Assembly (NCBI GenBank): GCA_013265495.1
Contig: MU058824.1
Location: forward strand, 124,001 to 188,000
DNA: 64,000 nt
Origin: Vicugna vicugna
Taxonomy: Eukaryota
Reading direction: 5' to 3'
Shown: piece after piece, positions 13,791 to 26,559 of the stretch
Layout: each line of letters starts with the position of its first letter
Position numbering within the stretch: the stretch's first letter is position 1
Made by a program: the position numbers and the translations under genes
The notes under the pieces: generated by a model
What the model was told of the DNA's origin: nothing
The model's database searches: none
The model's input: only the letters and a program-made list of their open reading frames with translations

Positions 13791-15479
13791 ATAAAAATAC
13801 TTTGCCCTTAGCCATTCCATTGTGATATCTCATCTTTACTTCTTCTCTCTCAGCATTCTCATCCACTCCCACCACAAGTCCTTGCAGCTGGTCTTCCGTA
13901 ACCTTATTAAGGACGTCTCACCTGCTTCTGCCAGTACTACTTCCACTCATCAGAGAGAGCATCGCTAGGGAAAAGTCCTATACATCAATACTTAGAGAGT
14001 ACTTAATGACAAATACTCTTTAAGTACTTATTAACATGTGAAAATCTTCATCTCTAGTTGATTTCTTATTGACTCCCCTTTAGGACATGTTCAAACTCTG
14101 TACTTTGTTCTTAAGCAAATTTCAGTGGGTTTATTCTCATTGTCTAGATGTTAATTTGGGAAAACCTGTACACCAATCCAATCTGACAGGACCCCTGCTG
14201 GATGGTTTTACTCCCCAAAGAAGCCCAGCTTGTTCATGACCCTGTATCCAACTGCCTAAAGACAGTTCCACAATCTCCACACTGAAAACAGTGGAAATAT
14301 TAAAAATATTCAAACAGTTAAAATATCCCACACTAGGAAATGGTGTGGCACAGCCATGGAATATTATACAGTTGTTTAAAAGGTTGTGTCTATTATGCAA
14401 AAATATGGAAATATGCTGATGAATATCAAGTTAAAAGGCAAAAGACAAAGCTATACACTGTGGTAATAGCTTAAAAAACATATATAGGAAAATTCAGCCA
14501 GGAAAAAAACAAAAAATAGTAACAGGGACTATGTTTGCACCAGTTGAACATGGATTATCTTCTTGGAAAAGTTTCTGTATCAATTATATTAAAGGGAGGG
14601 AAAGACTCAGTGTGATTTCAAACAACCCCAGAGACAGTTTGCCATACAATGGCCAAAGTACAAGTTTGGGGGTCAATACAGGACAGGATGACTTGCTACT
14701 TCTTCATGTTTTAGAATAATACCACCTTCCCTATTGTAATGATTAGACAAGATAATGCATTAGAAAGTAACAATGTCTAGAACAAGTAGGTATACAACAA
14801 AGATTCACTTCCATTCCCCAGACCAATCTGAGAGATACCTTTAATGACACAAATCACTGAAAATCAAACAGATCTAATAAATGCTGACTTCTGTCTCGGC
14901 AAATGAGATGAATTAGGAATTAAATTCTCTTCAACTTGTTTACTAAATTAACCATATTACATTAGTTATATTCTGCTATAAAGATGAGGGCTCAATATTT
15001 CATAATATAAAACCAAAAACAGTTTACATTAATATTAAACAGCATTAACAGCAGAGACGACTAAAAGTCTTCTAAGCTATATTTACAAAAGAAATTTCAC
15101 ATGTGCCACAGAATTATCTGACTTCAATGTTTTTCATCCCATTCTGCATACTACTGCCAAACCACTCTTTGTTAAATACCACTTTGATGGTTTCAATCCT
15201 CCACCCCAACACCTACAATCATTCCCTACTGCCTACTTCAGTTCTAAATGCCTCTGTGCCAGGATGCCTCAGGCAAGGTGATGGGGAGGAAAATTTACTG
15301 CAGGATCAGAAAGATCTAGATCCTGAGCTGGGCACTAATGGTACCCAGGGTCTTTCTAGCCCTATCCAGTCCTAATCAAAGATCTCCAACTTCAATACTC
15401 TCTCCCTTACTTCTATTTCTGACTAGCTTGGCAAATCTGTGTGCTTCCCTCTCATAGATCCATAAACTGAAGTCTCTAT

Positions 15480-15675
15480 ACGGTTGCCAAGGGACAGAGA
15501 CAGAGGAGTATTAGGACTGTAAATAGGTATGGAAAATCTTTTGAGGGCAATGGAAATATTCTGTAATTATATAGTAAACAGTGGTGATGGCTGCATGACA
15601 TACTAAGTATATTAAAAATTACTGAATTGTATACTTTAAAATGGTGAATTTTGTTATGTGACTTATATCTCAAAA
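15480..15675 (+). mobile_element. L1MB-like 3' end
   Basis: ggttgccaaggg...gtggtgatggctgcatgac...actgaattgtatactttaaaatggtgaattttgttatgtg. Confidence 0.75.
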
Positions 15676-15769
15676 ATCAAAAACTTCAAAACTCAGAAAA
15701 TACAATTATGTTATTAAAATTTTGAGATAAAAAAGAGAACAAGCCTTATAATTTTATTTTTAAGAGGCA

Positions 15770-16000
15770 GATCCTACAATCAGATCTCCTGAATCAGTAT
15801 CCTCGCTCTGTCACTTTTCAGCTAGTTGACATCTTAGTAATTTACCATTCTGTGCCTCCATTCCCTCATCTGTAAAATGGGCACAATAACAGTAGGGACA
15901 GTAAGAGTACCCATCTCATAACATTGGTGAAGGTTTAAATAAAGGTAGGGAAAGCACTCAGAGTCATGCATGATACATCATAAGGGCTATATTAAGTGTT
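15770..16000 (+). mobile_element. MIR SINE
   Basis: Core tctgtgcctccattccctcatctgtaaaatggg. Confidence 0.75.
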
Positions 16001-18109
16001 ATTCTTTTTTCATTCTTTTTTTATTTACACCAGCTCTGGAGAACCTGTGGAAAATGAACACTCTTCTGAGTATAAACTGGCAGAACCTCTCACGGAATAA
16101 TGTGGCAGTATATATTAAAATTTTAATTGTCTCTATGCCTTAACCCCACTATTCTATTTCTAAGAAATTATGCTAGGGATAGAAGACAAAATACACAAAA
16201 ATGTATACACAAGATTGGTAACATCAGCTTTTTTTAATAATAGCAAAGTGGACAACAACCTAAGTGTCCATCTATTGTGAATTAACTAAATTATTGATAA
16301 AATGCTATGCAGCCATGAAAGCACGTGCCAGAATACATATATTGATATGGAGAGACCAAGATCTGTGAAGTGAAAAGCTATAAAACTACATAGTTACAAC
16401 GCAATTTATATTTTGCAAAGTATACATGTTTACATAATAAGTATTTTAAGATTCTGAAAATATATTCAATATATTTCCTCCATCAAAAATTGTAAAATAT
16501 CCATAAATAAATCTAAACACAAGAACATTCTTTGGTTCTATTTCTAACTACTGTTCCTTAGTTCTGCAATACCAAATAGAGTGGGTGGTAGCCAGAAACC
16601 AGGGAAGTCACTCCCAAAGACAAAATTTTACAAAACCACCTGCAAGTTGGCACTGAAGAACCAGATACTATCTTAAAAGAGAATTTTAAAAGGACTTCAC
16701 AAAACTCTTGTGCGTTAGAAAAAGTTCCAGATTCTGAGCTTTGATTATTTGGTTAAGTAACTACATGATGTTGGCCAAGCACTAAATCTCTGAGAAATCC
16801 CAGTTCCCTGGGTAAAAATGGGTATAATAATCACAGGATTGCAAGGACTGAATGACATCTTTACAAAAGACCACTGGAAACTATAAAGGATATTTCTCTC
16901 TTTTGGTTAAAACCACCAAAACCAAAATTTTTACATAACTATAACCTTAAGCCCCAGCAAATTGTTATAAAATAGTCAATTTAAAAAACTAAGTTTAATT
17001 AAATGGTAATTAGGAAGCACTTACAATCTAAATGAAGAAGGAAATGATGGTAAACACAATCGCACCACCTAAAAAATAACTTAAACCACTTTAAAGAGGA
17101 AAAAAACTATGAAAAATGAACACAAGATACTAAACAAAGACTGAGCTGATTTGTGAACAGTAGAGGATCTAAATATATCAATAAGGCTATCAACATCTGA
17201 ATTGAAACAGAAATATCAGCAGCTTAGATTCACTCAAGAAACAGTATTAGATGAAAGCTGACAAGGCAAAATAAACTGAATTTAATCCCAAAAGATCTGA
17301 CCTGTGAACAATAATGGCTCCAGATTAGTCAGAAAATGTCAAAGCAAACACTGATATCAAAAAAAAAAGTTCCAAAGTTTTCTGGTATAAAATAATTTCA
17401 GCACAACCCTAACATTAGAGCTTGTGGAGGAGAATGGCAATCATCACAGATTTATTCTTTGCATTTTTCCATACTCGTCAAATTTTTTTACATCCAACAA
17501 ATACTGCTTTTATAACAAAGAAAAAAGGTGTGGTTTTCTTTTTCTTTTTCTTTTTCCTTTTTTTAACTATGGAGAAGAAAGACTCAGAATATTTGCACAA
17601 AAATGAGAGGGATGGAGCCATGGCTGAAAATATAATACCTGCCAAAGTTTTTGAAGGCAGAATATGTTAAGAACTTCAGAATCTGAAATGACTTTTCAAA
17701 AAATGATGAAACTATTGAGCCATGAAAAATACATGACACTTGTAAAAAAGAAATAGATTCAAATAGTAACAAAAGATTAACAGTAAATCATCTAATAAAC
17801 TAAAAGCAAATACTGAGGGAATTTTAAGATTTAAACATAGAACTTCAAAGTGCATGAGAAGTATGTCAACTCCTAAATGTTTCATTTCTCCCATGAGAGA
17901 AGCTAAAAATGGAACTAATAGTAGGAATAATGAAAACAGTTCTGTTAAAACAATGTTTCTAACAACAAATAAAAAAAGGAGGGAAAGTGGGGGGGGGGGA
18001 TGGGTTGACATTATCTCCCAAATCAGCTTTTAAAAAATTGAAAATTTGCAAGCCATTAAAGAAACCACTTATACAGGGAAAATGAGGACTAACAAATATG
18101 AACTTAAAA

Positions 18110-18725
18110 TACGGTTGGTCATAATAAAAAAGACAAAAACAAGTGTTGGCCAGAATGTGGAGAAATTAGGACCCTCAGACACTGCTGGTGAAAATGTGAA
18201 ATGGTGCAGCCACTTTGGAAAACAGTTCAGCAGTTCCTCAAAATGTTAAACTTACCATGTGACCCAGCAATTCTACTCCTAGGTATATGCCCAAGAAAAT
18301 GGAAAACTATGTTCACACAAAAACTTGTACATGAATGTTCATAGCAGCATTATTCATAGTAGTTCAAAAGTGGAAATAAGTTCCAAATGACCATCAGCTG
18401 ATGAACAGATAAACAAAATGTTGTATTATCCATACAATAGAATATTATTTGGCCATAAAAAGGAATGAAATTCTGATACATGCTATGACATGGATGAATC
18501 CTGAAAACATTCTAAGTGAAAGCCAGGAACAAGAGGCCACATATTTGATGATTTCATTTATATGGAACGTCCAAAACTGGCAAATCTATAGCAAAAGATA
18601 GATCAGTGGCTGTCTAGGGCTGTGGGATTGGGATCTGGGGAGTGGCTGCTAAAGAATATGAGGTTTTTGGTGGGGAGGACAATTACATTCCAAAATTGAC
18701 TGTGGCGATGGCTGCACAACTTGTG
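18110..18725 (+). mobile_element. L1MB-like 3' region
   Basis: aagtgttggccagaatgtggagaaa...ggtgcagccactttggaaaacag...gacccagcaattctactcctaggtatat. Confidence 0.85.
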
Positions 18726-20039
18726 GCAGGTGTGTGACTTATCTCCTGCCTTAATCCCCACATCCCAGCATCCCCAAGTAGTCCTCTCGCTGCCCTATCT
18801 TTGTACCTTTTCCAACGCCATTCCCTCACCTGGACTAAACACCCTTCCCAACTCTCCCAGTATCAATGTTCATTCAGTCACTAACTCCACAAATGAATAT
18901 GGGATGGCATCAAATTTTGTGCCAGACACAGTTCTAGGCACAGCTGATAACAGCAGTCAACAAAACAGACAAGACTCCCTGCCCTCATGGAGCTACACAG
19001 AAGAGACAGATAATTAGTAGCGTGTATCATAGATCTCACAGGAAAAGGTGATTTGGAGCAGGAGAAAAGCATAAAGGAAGGTTAGGATGGGAGAGGCACA
19101 AAAGGGATGGAAGGTGGGAAAGGATGCAATTTTAAAGCATCATTTTGAAAGTGATGTTAAAGACCTGAAGGAGCTGAGGGGATAACAGCTGGGACAAGAA
19201 GGTTCTAGGCAAAGGGAACATCAACAGCAAAAGGCCTCAGGCAAAAATGTGGCTGGTGTTTCATGCTGACATTCCGCTCTGCCTGCAAAGCCCAGTTCCA
19301 GGGCCACTTATTCAGAGAAACTGTTTTTGATTCCTATTAATCAGAATTATTCATTCCCTGGATGCTGTATCTTTATCTTCCTTAGGGCACCGTGTACAGT
19401 GGAAACCCTCACTGATCACTAAATCAAGAGTCAGATAGAGCAAGGAATCATTTTTAAAATCACACATATCTTTTAACCATTTTTAACTTCAAATATATAA
19501 ATGTACATTCGTTTCCCCCACGTGGCACCAAGACTTTTTCTTTGAGTATGGGTCTGCCAAATGCAGCTCCCCACTTCCTTGGATAAACCACACTCATAAT
19601 CCATTATCCACCATGTCCATTTTCCTCTTTTAAAGAACAAGAGGATTTAAAAATACTTGCGAAGTTTTCTAGGAGGAGACTCCTTCCAGAGATTATAAGG
19701 TTTCCTCCATCTGTTTCAGCTGTCTTGACCACCACCTAACTCATTGAAAGGCAATTCTTTCAGCTTCTTGCCTTTATCAAGTCTTTCCAAAGAGATTCAT
19801 AAAAATAATTTCCTTTGCATTCACATTTCATCTATCTGAGTAATATTTATTAATCTACACTCACAAGCACCACTGGTATAAAAAACTTTAAAAACAAATG
19901 CAACAGACTCTTGGTAAGCAGAGAAATCAAATGATAAACAGACAAACCAGAGCTAACCTACCTGGAGCATCTGTGGGCTGTGGGATTTGGACAGTATGAT
20001 TTACTACGGGAATGTCTAATACAGAATGTTAAAATCAAG

Positions 20040-20800
20040 TCCAGCAAAAAACCTGAACAGACATTCTTCCAAGCAAAATACATAAATGGCCATTAAGCAC
20101 ATAAAAATGTGCTCAACATCATTAGTCATTAGGGAAATGCAAATCAAAACCACACTGATCCACAACTTCACACCAACTAGTATGACTATAATCAAAAAGA
20201 CAGCTACTAGTGTTGGAGAGGATGTGGGAAAATTGGAACCCTCATACATTGCTGGGAAAATCTAAAATCCAGCCGCTTTTGAAAATAGTTTGCCAATTCC
20301 CCACAATGTTAAGCAGAGTTAAACAAGAGGACTGAAAACATATGTCCATACAAAAATTTGTACGTGAATGCTTATAGAGCATTATTCATAATAGCCAAAA
20401 AGTGGAAACAACTCAAGTGTCCATCAACTGATGGAAAAACCAAATGTGCTATGTACCATACAGTGGAATATTACTCAACCATTAAAAGGAATAAAGTTCT
20501 GATACACATGATGACATGGATGACCCCTGAAAACATTATGTTAAGTGACAGCAGCCAATCACAAAAGGCCACATACTGTATGATTCCATTCATATGAAAC
20601 ATCCAAAATAGGCAGATCCACAGAGTCAGAAAGAAGATTAGTAGTTGTCAGGGGTTGAGGGGAGAGAGGATTACAGAGTCACTGTTAACAGAAATAGGAT
20701 TTTCTTTTTGGGGTGAAACCTTCTGGAATTAGACAGTGGTGATGGCTGTATAACTTTGTAAATATACAAAACACCACTTAACTGTACACCTTCAAAAAAT
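20040..20800 (+). mobile_element. L1MB-like 3' region
   Basis: gctcaacatcattagtcattagggaaatgcaaatcaaaaccac...ggaaccctcatacattgctgg. Confidence 0.85.
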
Positions 20801-21709
20801 TCCAGTGCTGTCAGGGTTCAGTAAGTGTTTATTATTGAGGGAGATGGGGAAGGGGAAGAAAGCCCAGATGTATTCAATAGAAACTTCCTGCATATATTTA
20901 TAAGAGGCTAATGAACCACTTTTGTTGGAATATAAGGCCCTTGAAGGCAGGGATGTTCTCTCATATATTTCCCTTAATATCTAACCTATTTGATTATAGT
21001 AAGTAGGTACTCAATCAATATTCACTAAATAAATTAATATATACCCACATATTACACACCAAGGATCTAGAAGTATCTTGATTAAGATTTTACACTAATT
21101 AGGAAATACCTACTTTTTATTCCCCAAAATCCTGAATTGCCACTAACAAGGCACTCCTCCTAATCTGAAGCTTATATCATCCATTTATACAACTCTTACC
21201 ACTATACTACAATCCATAGGACTGACTTTAAATTCCCATGATTTTTTTAAAACCTACTTCAAATCCACCTTATGTCTCTCACCAATGTGGCTTCTTGATC
21301 TCTCAGAATGTTTTTACACCTCTTTAACCCCATTCCCTAAGATAGCAATGTCTCACATGTTCAGCCTCATTTGTTCTTCTCAAATGAGGACCATTATCAT
21401 TATCTTCCCATTACAACTGAGAAAAAAGTGTCAATTTTAAGGTCACGTGGTCTCCTGGATTCAAAGTTCATCTTTCTTCACATAAATCATTTCCAAACTT
21501 TTTTCTCTTTGGATGAACATGGAGCTTTCTGATAAGTTAGACTTTAAAAAGAGTAAGTACAAATAAAAAAATATAAAACAAGACAATAAGTATAAAGCAT
21601 AGAATGAGTGGAAAGCTGAGGCAAGAGAGGACATTTAAAAAAAAAATAGGCTTGTTTAGAACAAGAAGAGAGAAACAAAGGGCCTGCTGCTCAGGGAAGA
21701 TGTAATATC

Positions 21710-22745
21710 AAGTGATGACAGGACAATGCAGACCGTTTGAACTTCTTCTTTGCTTTACTAATGTTCACCAAGGAGCCTGATATTCAAACGGGGAAAGGTA
21801 GAATCTGGAAAAGAGGGAGCTAACATCTAAGGTAAGTGGCATGGAAAGTGGACGGTAATGGAAGAGAGCTAGTTCAAAAGAATTTGCTTTCTGATCCAAA
21901 CAAATCACATTCTATGGTACTGAAAACACTTTTAGTTCTGACTGCTGATTACCTAAGCTATCTTGACAAGGTGCCAGAAGATCAGAAATAAAATAATGCA
22001 TTCTGTTTTTGAAAAAGGAAATCCAGGAAGAATATCTATGAAAAATTGCCACATACCCACTAAAAAATTCTAGAATGGGCAAATAAATTTTGGATCACAA
22101 TAAAAAGAAAAAGCTACCATGGGCTCTTGATTAAGGCAGGCTCTACAACATTTGCTTTTTGATAGGATTACTAAAATGGAAAAAGGAATGATACAGACCT
22201 ATATATATCGATTCTAACAAGACAATCTGACAGAATCTTTTAATGATAGGCTGGTGAACAAAATGGAAAAATGTTGAACGGCAGAAGCTCAAAAATCTGT
22301 TAAACGCTACTTGGAGGATGCATAGCTGGTTAACATCTGGTTGATTAATGTATCAACATCAACCAACTTGGAAGGAAGTCTACAGTAAAACATCACAGAG
22401 TTTCATCCTTTGCCACCATCTAGGATCTAGGCAACTTCTATTAATTTAATAAAGCCACACACCTGCTCTTCCCATTTACAAGGGCCACAAAGCTGTGAGT
22501 GACCCAACTCACACAGCCTGACAGGATCAGGCTCCAAACAGGTCAGAGGAGGCTGAAAAGAAGGTCCAAAACCAAAACTGAAAATCAACAAGCAGTCAAA
22601 GCCAGCATTTAGATTTTAAAACACAAACATGTGAAGTAGTAAAGTTTTTGTGGAAAATACCTGGGTAATAAAAGCCACTAAAAAAAAAAAATCTACACAC
22701 AACCTCAAGCTGTATTAATAGATGTGTATGTCCAGACTGGAGTAC
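21710..22745 (+). mobile_element. CR1/L3 LINE reverse-transcriptase relic
   Basis: Broken-frame matches to CR1 ORF2 motifs (LNxFFAxxFT near 21740; DRIT..KG..D.IY.D.NK near 22160-22230). Confidence 0.6.
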
Positions 22746-24006
22746 TATGGTTCTCTAATTAATCAACTTTAAAAAATTTATTTTCCATATGAATTATTTG
22801 TAGACCGTCATCCTAGAGACAGTTATGACAAGAATCTACAAATATCATTTAGTTAAAACTCAGCTTTAGACCCAGAGTTATTCAAGTATATCTTGGCATT
22901 AGAAAATATTTTGTTTGATGAGCCTAATTTATTGGCGTTATATATAAAAACATCAATATATCCTTGAGAGAAGGCTCAGATATTATTAAATCCAAATCCC
23001 TATTTTAATACAAAAAAAAAAAGAAACTAAGAAAAATTAAATAACTTGCTCCAAATCACACAGTTGCTAAGCAAGGGCCATAATCCCCAAATCAGTTACT
23101 TTTTTCCACTCCACGTGGGTTTCCAGCCCTCTCTGTCCTTTCTTAAAACTTACACTATGCACTAAAGAGTTAGAAAGCATACACAAGAACATTCATCAAC
23201 ACACTTAATTTTGCTAAGGACAAATTAGCTCAGCAAGAACAAATAACCAAAGCACATTAGCCAGTAAAATATTTTGACATGGTGTGATCATTTACAAATT
23301 TGATAACCAATATTTATTACAAAAAGGCACTCTAATATACAAATGGTTTTTATTCTTAACCATTAAAGTGTGATTATTTATTAAAGTCTTATCCCATATT
23401 CCACTTAACGTTAGAAAAATAAAATAAAAGTTATTGCATGGATGGAAAAGGTTTTAATGGACATGCCATTGTTTACTGGACTCATAACCCCTCCCCTATC
23501 ATAAAACATTATGAAAATTATTAAAAGATTTTAGATCTTCAAACCTAAACAGTAGGCCAAAGGTTTTCTTCATTTAGGGTAAGCATCTGAGGCCCTCTTG
23601 TCTCCTCACTACCCCAGAAACAATGCCCCTTCAAGAGCCCTTTGGTTACAAAGGTTGTCTGACAGGCGCACTAGTGGATTCCCAGTGGCCTGATGTCCAT
23701 CCTCCCTCCCCCTCTCCCCCCTTTCCCCACCCACCTTGGTTTAAAGAAGGCAACTGGAGAATGAGAACTGATAAAAGGGCAAGTTAGCAAGGCTATGGCT
23801 TATGATCACTAGCATCTGCTAGGCCAGCTCCAGGACCTACCCTCGCCTAAATGAGACCAGGAAGCCTCTCCTAGCCCCAGGGCTCCTCTGGGACCCGTGG
23901 TGAAAGGAAGAGGGAACTTTACAAGCGGGATACCCTCCTCCCCAGTCTCAACCATTAGAGCTCCAGCAAGCTCTTTGTTTCCAACAGCAGGGGGGCAGAG
24001 GGCCTT

Positions 24007-24041
24007 GGGGAGAGGGGAGAGGGGAGAGGGGAGAGGGGAGA
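24007..24041 (+). repeat. (GGGGAGA)5 homopurine tandem repeat
   Basis: Five exact units read directly. Confidence 0.95.
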
Positions 24042-24351
24042 GGTCACTCCCTTGCTCCCGTTGCTGCCAATCTCCAGGCCCTCCTGCAAAACATACAAAC
24101 GCACACACACAATCATTCCCTTGGAACTGGTTGTCTCTTTCCACACCACCTTAACCCGTGTCACACCTTGCTACACAGAGACACACCTTAAGACATAATT
24201 ACCTCTTTCTACTACCCAAACCCTACACAGGATGATTCCCTAGCCAACCTCCTTCTGAGACGACACAAACAGGGTTCACTCCAGGATCCCCATCCTTCCT
24301 CCTCAATGCATAACCCCGGAACATCCCTGAGCCCCAGGCTTCACTCATAAC

Positions 24352-24352
<1 letters not shown>

Positions 24353-24384
<32 letters not shown>
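24353..24384 (+). repeat. (AC)16 microsatellite
   Basis: Read directly. Confidence 0.95.
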
Positions 24385-24390
<6 letters not shown>

Positions 24391-24478
24391 AGGGTCACTT
24401 CCTGAACCCTAGGACTTTCCCTGCTCGAAACCACAGACCTGGGGCCATTCCAAGCCCCTGCGCCCACCTCTCCACACC

Positions 24479-24498
24479 ACACACACACACACACACAC
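24479..24498 (+). repeat. (AC)10 microsatellite
   Basis: Read directly. Confidence 0.95.
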
Positions 24499-24639
24499 AG
24501 TCACTACATCGTCAATCTGCATCCTCTGGGCCACCCATTCCCTTTAACTACAGGACCCTTCTGAGACCCGAGTGCCCTAAGAACCTCCCCAGTACACGGT
24601 CACTCTCCTGGTCCCTCACCGTCACACATACAACAGAAA

Positions 24640-25850
24640 ATCCCTGCCGGGGGCCGCCCTCCCTCCCCTGAGCCTTCACAACACAAACACGAGCTCCCGC
24701 GTGCACACCCACGATCACACCGGGAGCCCCGGCGGGCTACCTCCCCGTTGCCAGCCGGGCCTCAACACCTCCCAACACGCCGGCCGCCCGCACCCAGTCA
24801 CTCGGCACAAGGATGCACGCACAGCCACTCCCCGGCCCCACGCCGGTCTTCAAGCACCGCGCGGTCGCCCCCTACCCTCCGCCCTCGACCACCCTTGGCC
24901 CCGCTCCCGGGACCCCCACGCCGGGGCCTGTTCCAACCCGGTCGCTGGGACTGGGAGGGAGGCGGCGCCCGAGCGGAGGGAGGTTGAGGCTGCAGGGGAG
25001 CGCTCTGGCCGGTCCTACCTGAGCAGTTGATGCTCTTGCCTTTGCCGCCGGGACAGTCCCCGCCGCCGCCTCCACCACCCGGAGGCTGGTTGGACGCGCG
25101 GCTCCCAGGCAGAGAGAAGGCGAAGAGCAGAAGCACCGAAGTGTAGCAGCAGAAGGCGAGCGGGGGCGCGGCCGGCAGCCGGAGCGGCGCCTCAGCGGCC
25201 GCGGCGCCCATGACTGGCGCCCCTGGACGGCGGGAAGCGCAGGCAGCCGCAGGCCCGGGGCATCCAGCCGCGCGCCGGGAGCCCCGCCGCTGCCTCGGCG
25301 CCTCCTAGCAGCCGCGCCGCTGCGCCCGGGAGCGGCCCCTCAGCATCCCCGTCCCACCCGCAGCGCCCGCCAGGCCCCGGCCCGCCGCGCTCGGGACGGA
25401 GTCGCAGGGTCGGAGCGTGTGCGAGGGGCGGGTGCGCGCGAAGGTGCGAGCCCGCGTGGGGAAGACCGAGGCCGGGGGACGAGCGGGCGGGCGGGCGCGC
25501 GCGCGCGCGGCGGGCGGGGGTCGCGGGGTGGGGGCAGGGCCAGCCCCTCGCTCGCCTCCTCGCCTTCCCTTTGTGTCCGCGGCCGTCGCCGCCGCGTCAC
25601 AAAGACCCCAGCCCGCCCGGTGAGGGGCGCGTGACAGAGCCGCGGGCGGGAGGGGTGGCTGCGACCCCGCCCCGCGCACACCCCCAGCGCCCGCGCCGGC
25701 AGCTCCGCCCCCGCCCGCGGCCGGCGCCGCCTCCAGGGGAGCTATTGTTCCTGCGGCGGGGCCGGAGCTCAGGGGGCGGGGGGACGCGGCCGCCGTTCGG
25801 TCCGGCCTCGGGGGGCTGGCTGGCGCCGAGGAGGCTCCGAAGGCAGTACC
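24640..25850. promoter_or_regulatory. TMEFF1: CpG island / TMEFF1 promoter and 5'UTR
   Basis: About 1.2 kb of very high GC/CpG with multiple GC boxes (CCCCGCCC, GGGGCGGG) spanning exon 1. Confidence 0.92.
25019..25211 (-). CDS. TMEFF1: TMEFF1 (tomoregulin-1) coding exon 1: signal peptide and Gly-rich linker
   Basis: MGAAAAEAPLRLPAAPPLAFCCYTSVLLLFAFSLPGSRASNQPPGGGGGGGDCPGGKGKSINCS; Kozak CCAGTCATGG; donor TCAG|GTAGGA after 25019; 193 nt, phase 1. Confidence 0.97.
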
Positions 25851-26559
25851 CTAACAGACATTTTTGCCGCCCTTTGTAAGCATTTTTGAAGCGTTTCCTT
25901 GGCCCAACAGCCGGGCTGAAAAAGGGCAGGTGGTCTACTATATAGCTATTTTCTAGGTGAAGAAACTGAGCCGCGGAGAAGTGAAGGTGACTTGTCCAAG
26001 GTCACCTACGAGGAGATGGGCAGGACCGGAATTGGATCTCAAGTTCTGACTTCAGCTCTGTAGTTTTTAGAGATGGGAGTAAATGGCTAAATTACTCCGA
26101 TCCTCACCCCTGTTCCCTATTCCCTATTCCCACAAACGCCAACTGAATTTAAAATAGTTTTTTAAATTCAATATTGCCCTCTACCAATAATAATAGCTAA
26201 TGTTTAGATGCCGTTTGCTATATACAAGACCTGGACACAGCTCTTTACGTGAATTCTCTCCAGTTCTTTTTTACAGCCCAACAAGGGATTTTCATTCTCA
26301 TCCCCATTCTACAGAGGAGGAGGTTGGGACCCGAAGAGGTAAAGTGATATGACTCCCAATCCAGTGCTCTTTCTACCATGTGGTGCCAAGTGAGACCCAG
26401 CCACAGGCGGTAAGATTATGGACTGAACTGTTTGAAATTCCTCTGTTTTGTTGTTTTTTTTTTTTTTTCATTCTATTATGCTGCCTCTCACCTCGGATGG
26501 AATTTTTAAGTCTCACTAAAAAAACTGATAAATTTGACTCATAAAATGTTTCAAATGTG

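Noticed and set aside
24701..25879. Many overlapping Pro/Arg/Gly-rich ORFs
   Set aside because: CpG-island artefacts; only 25019-25211 is coding. The ORF-track extension to 24798 runs through the donor into intron.
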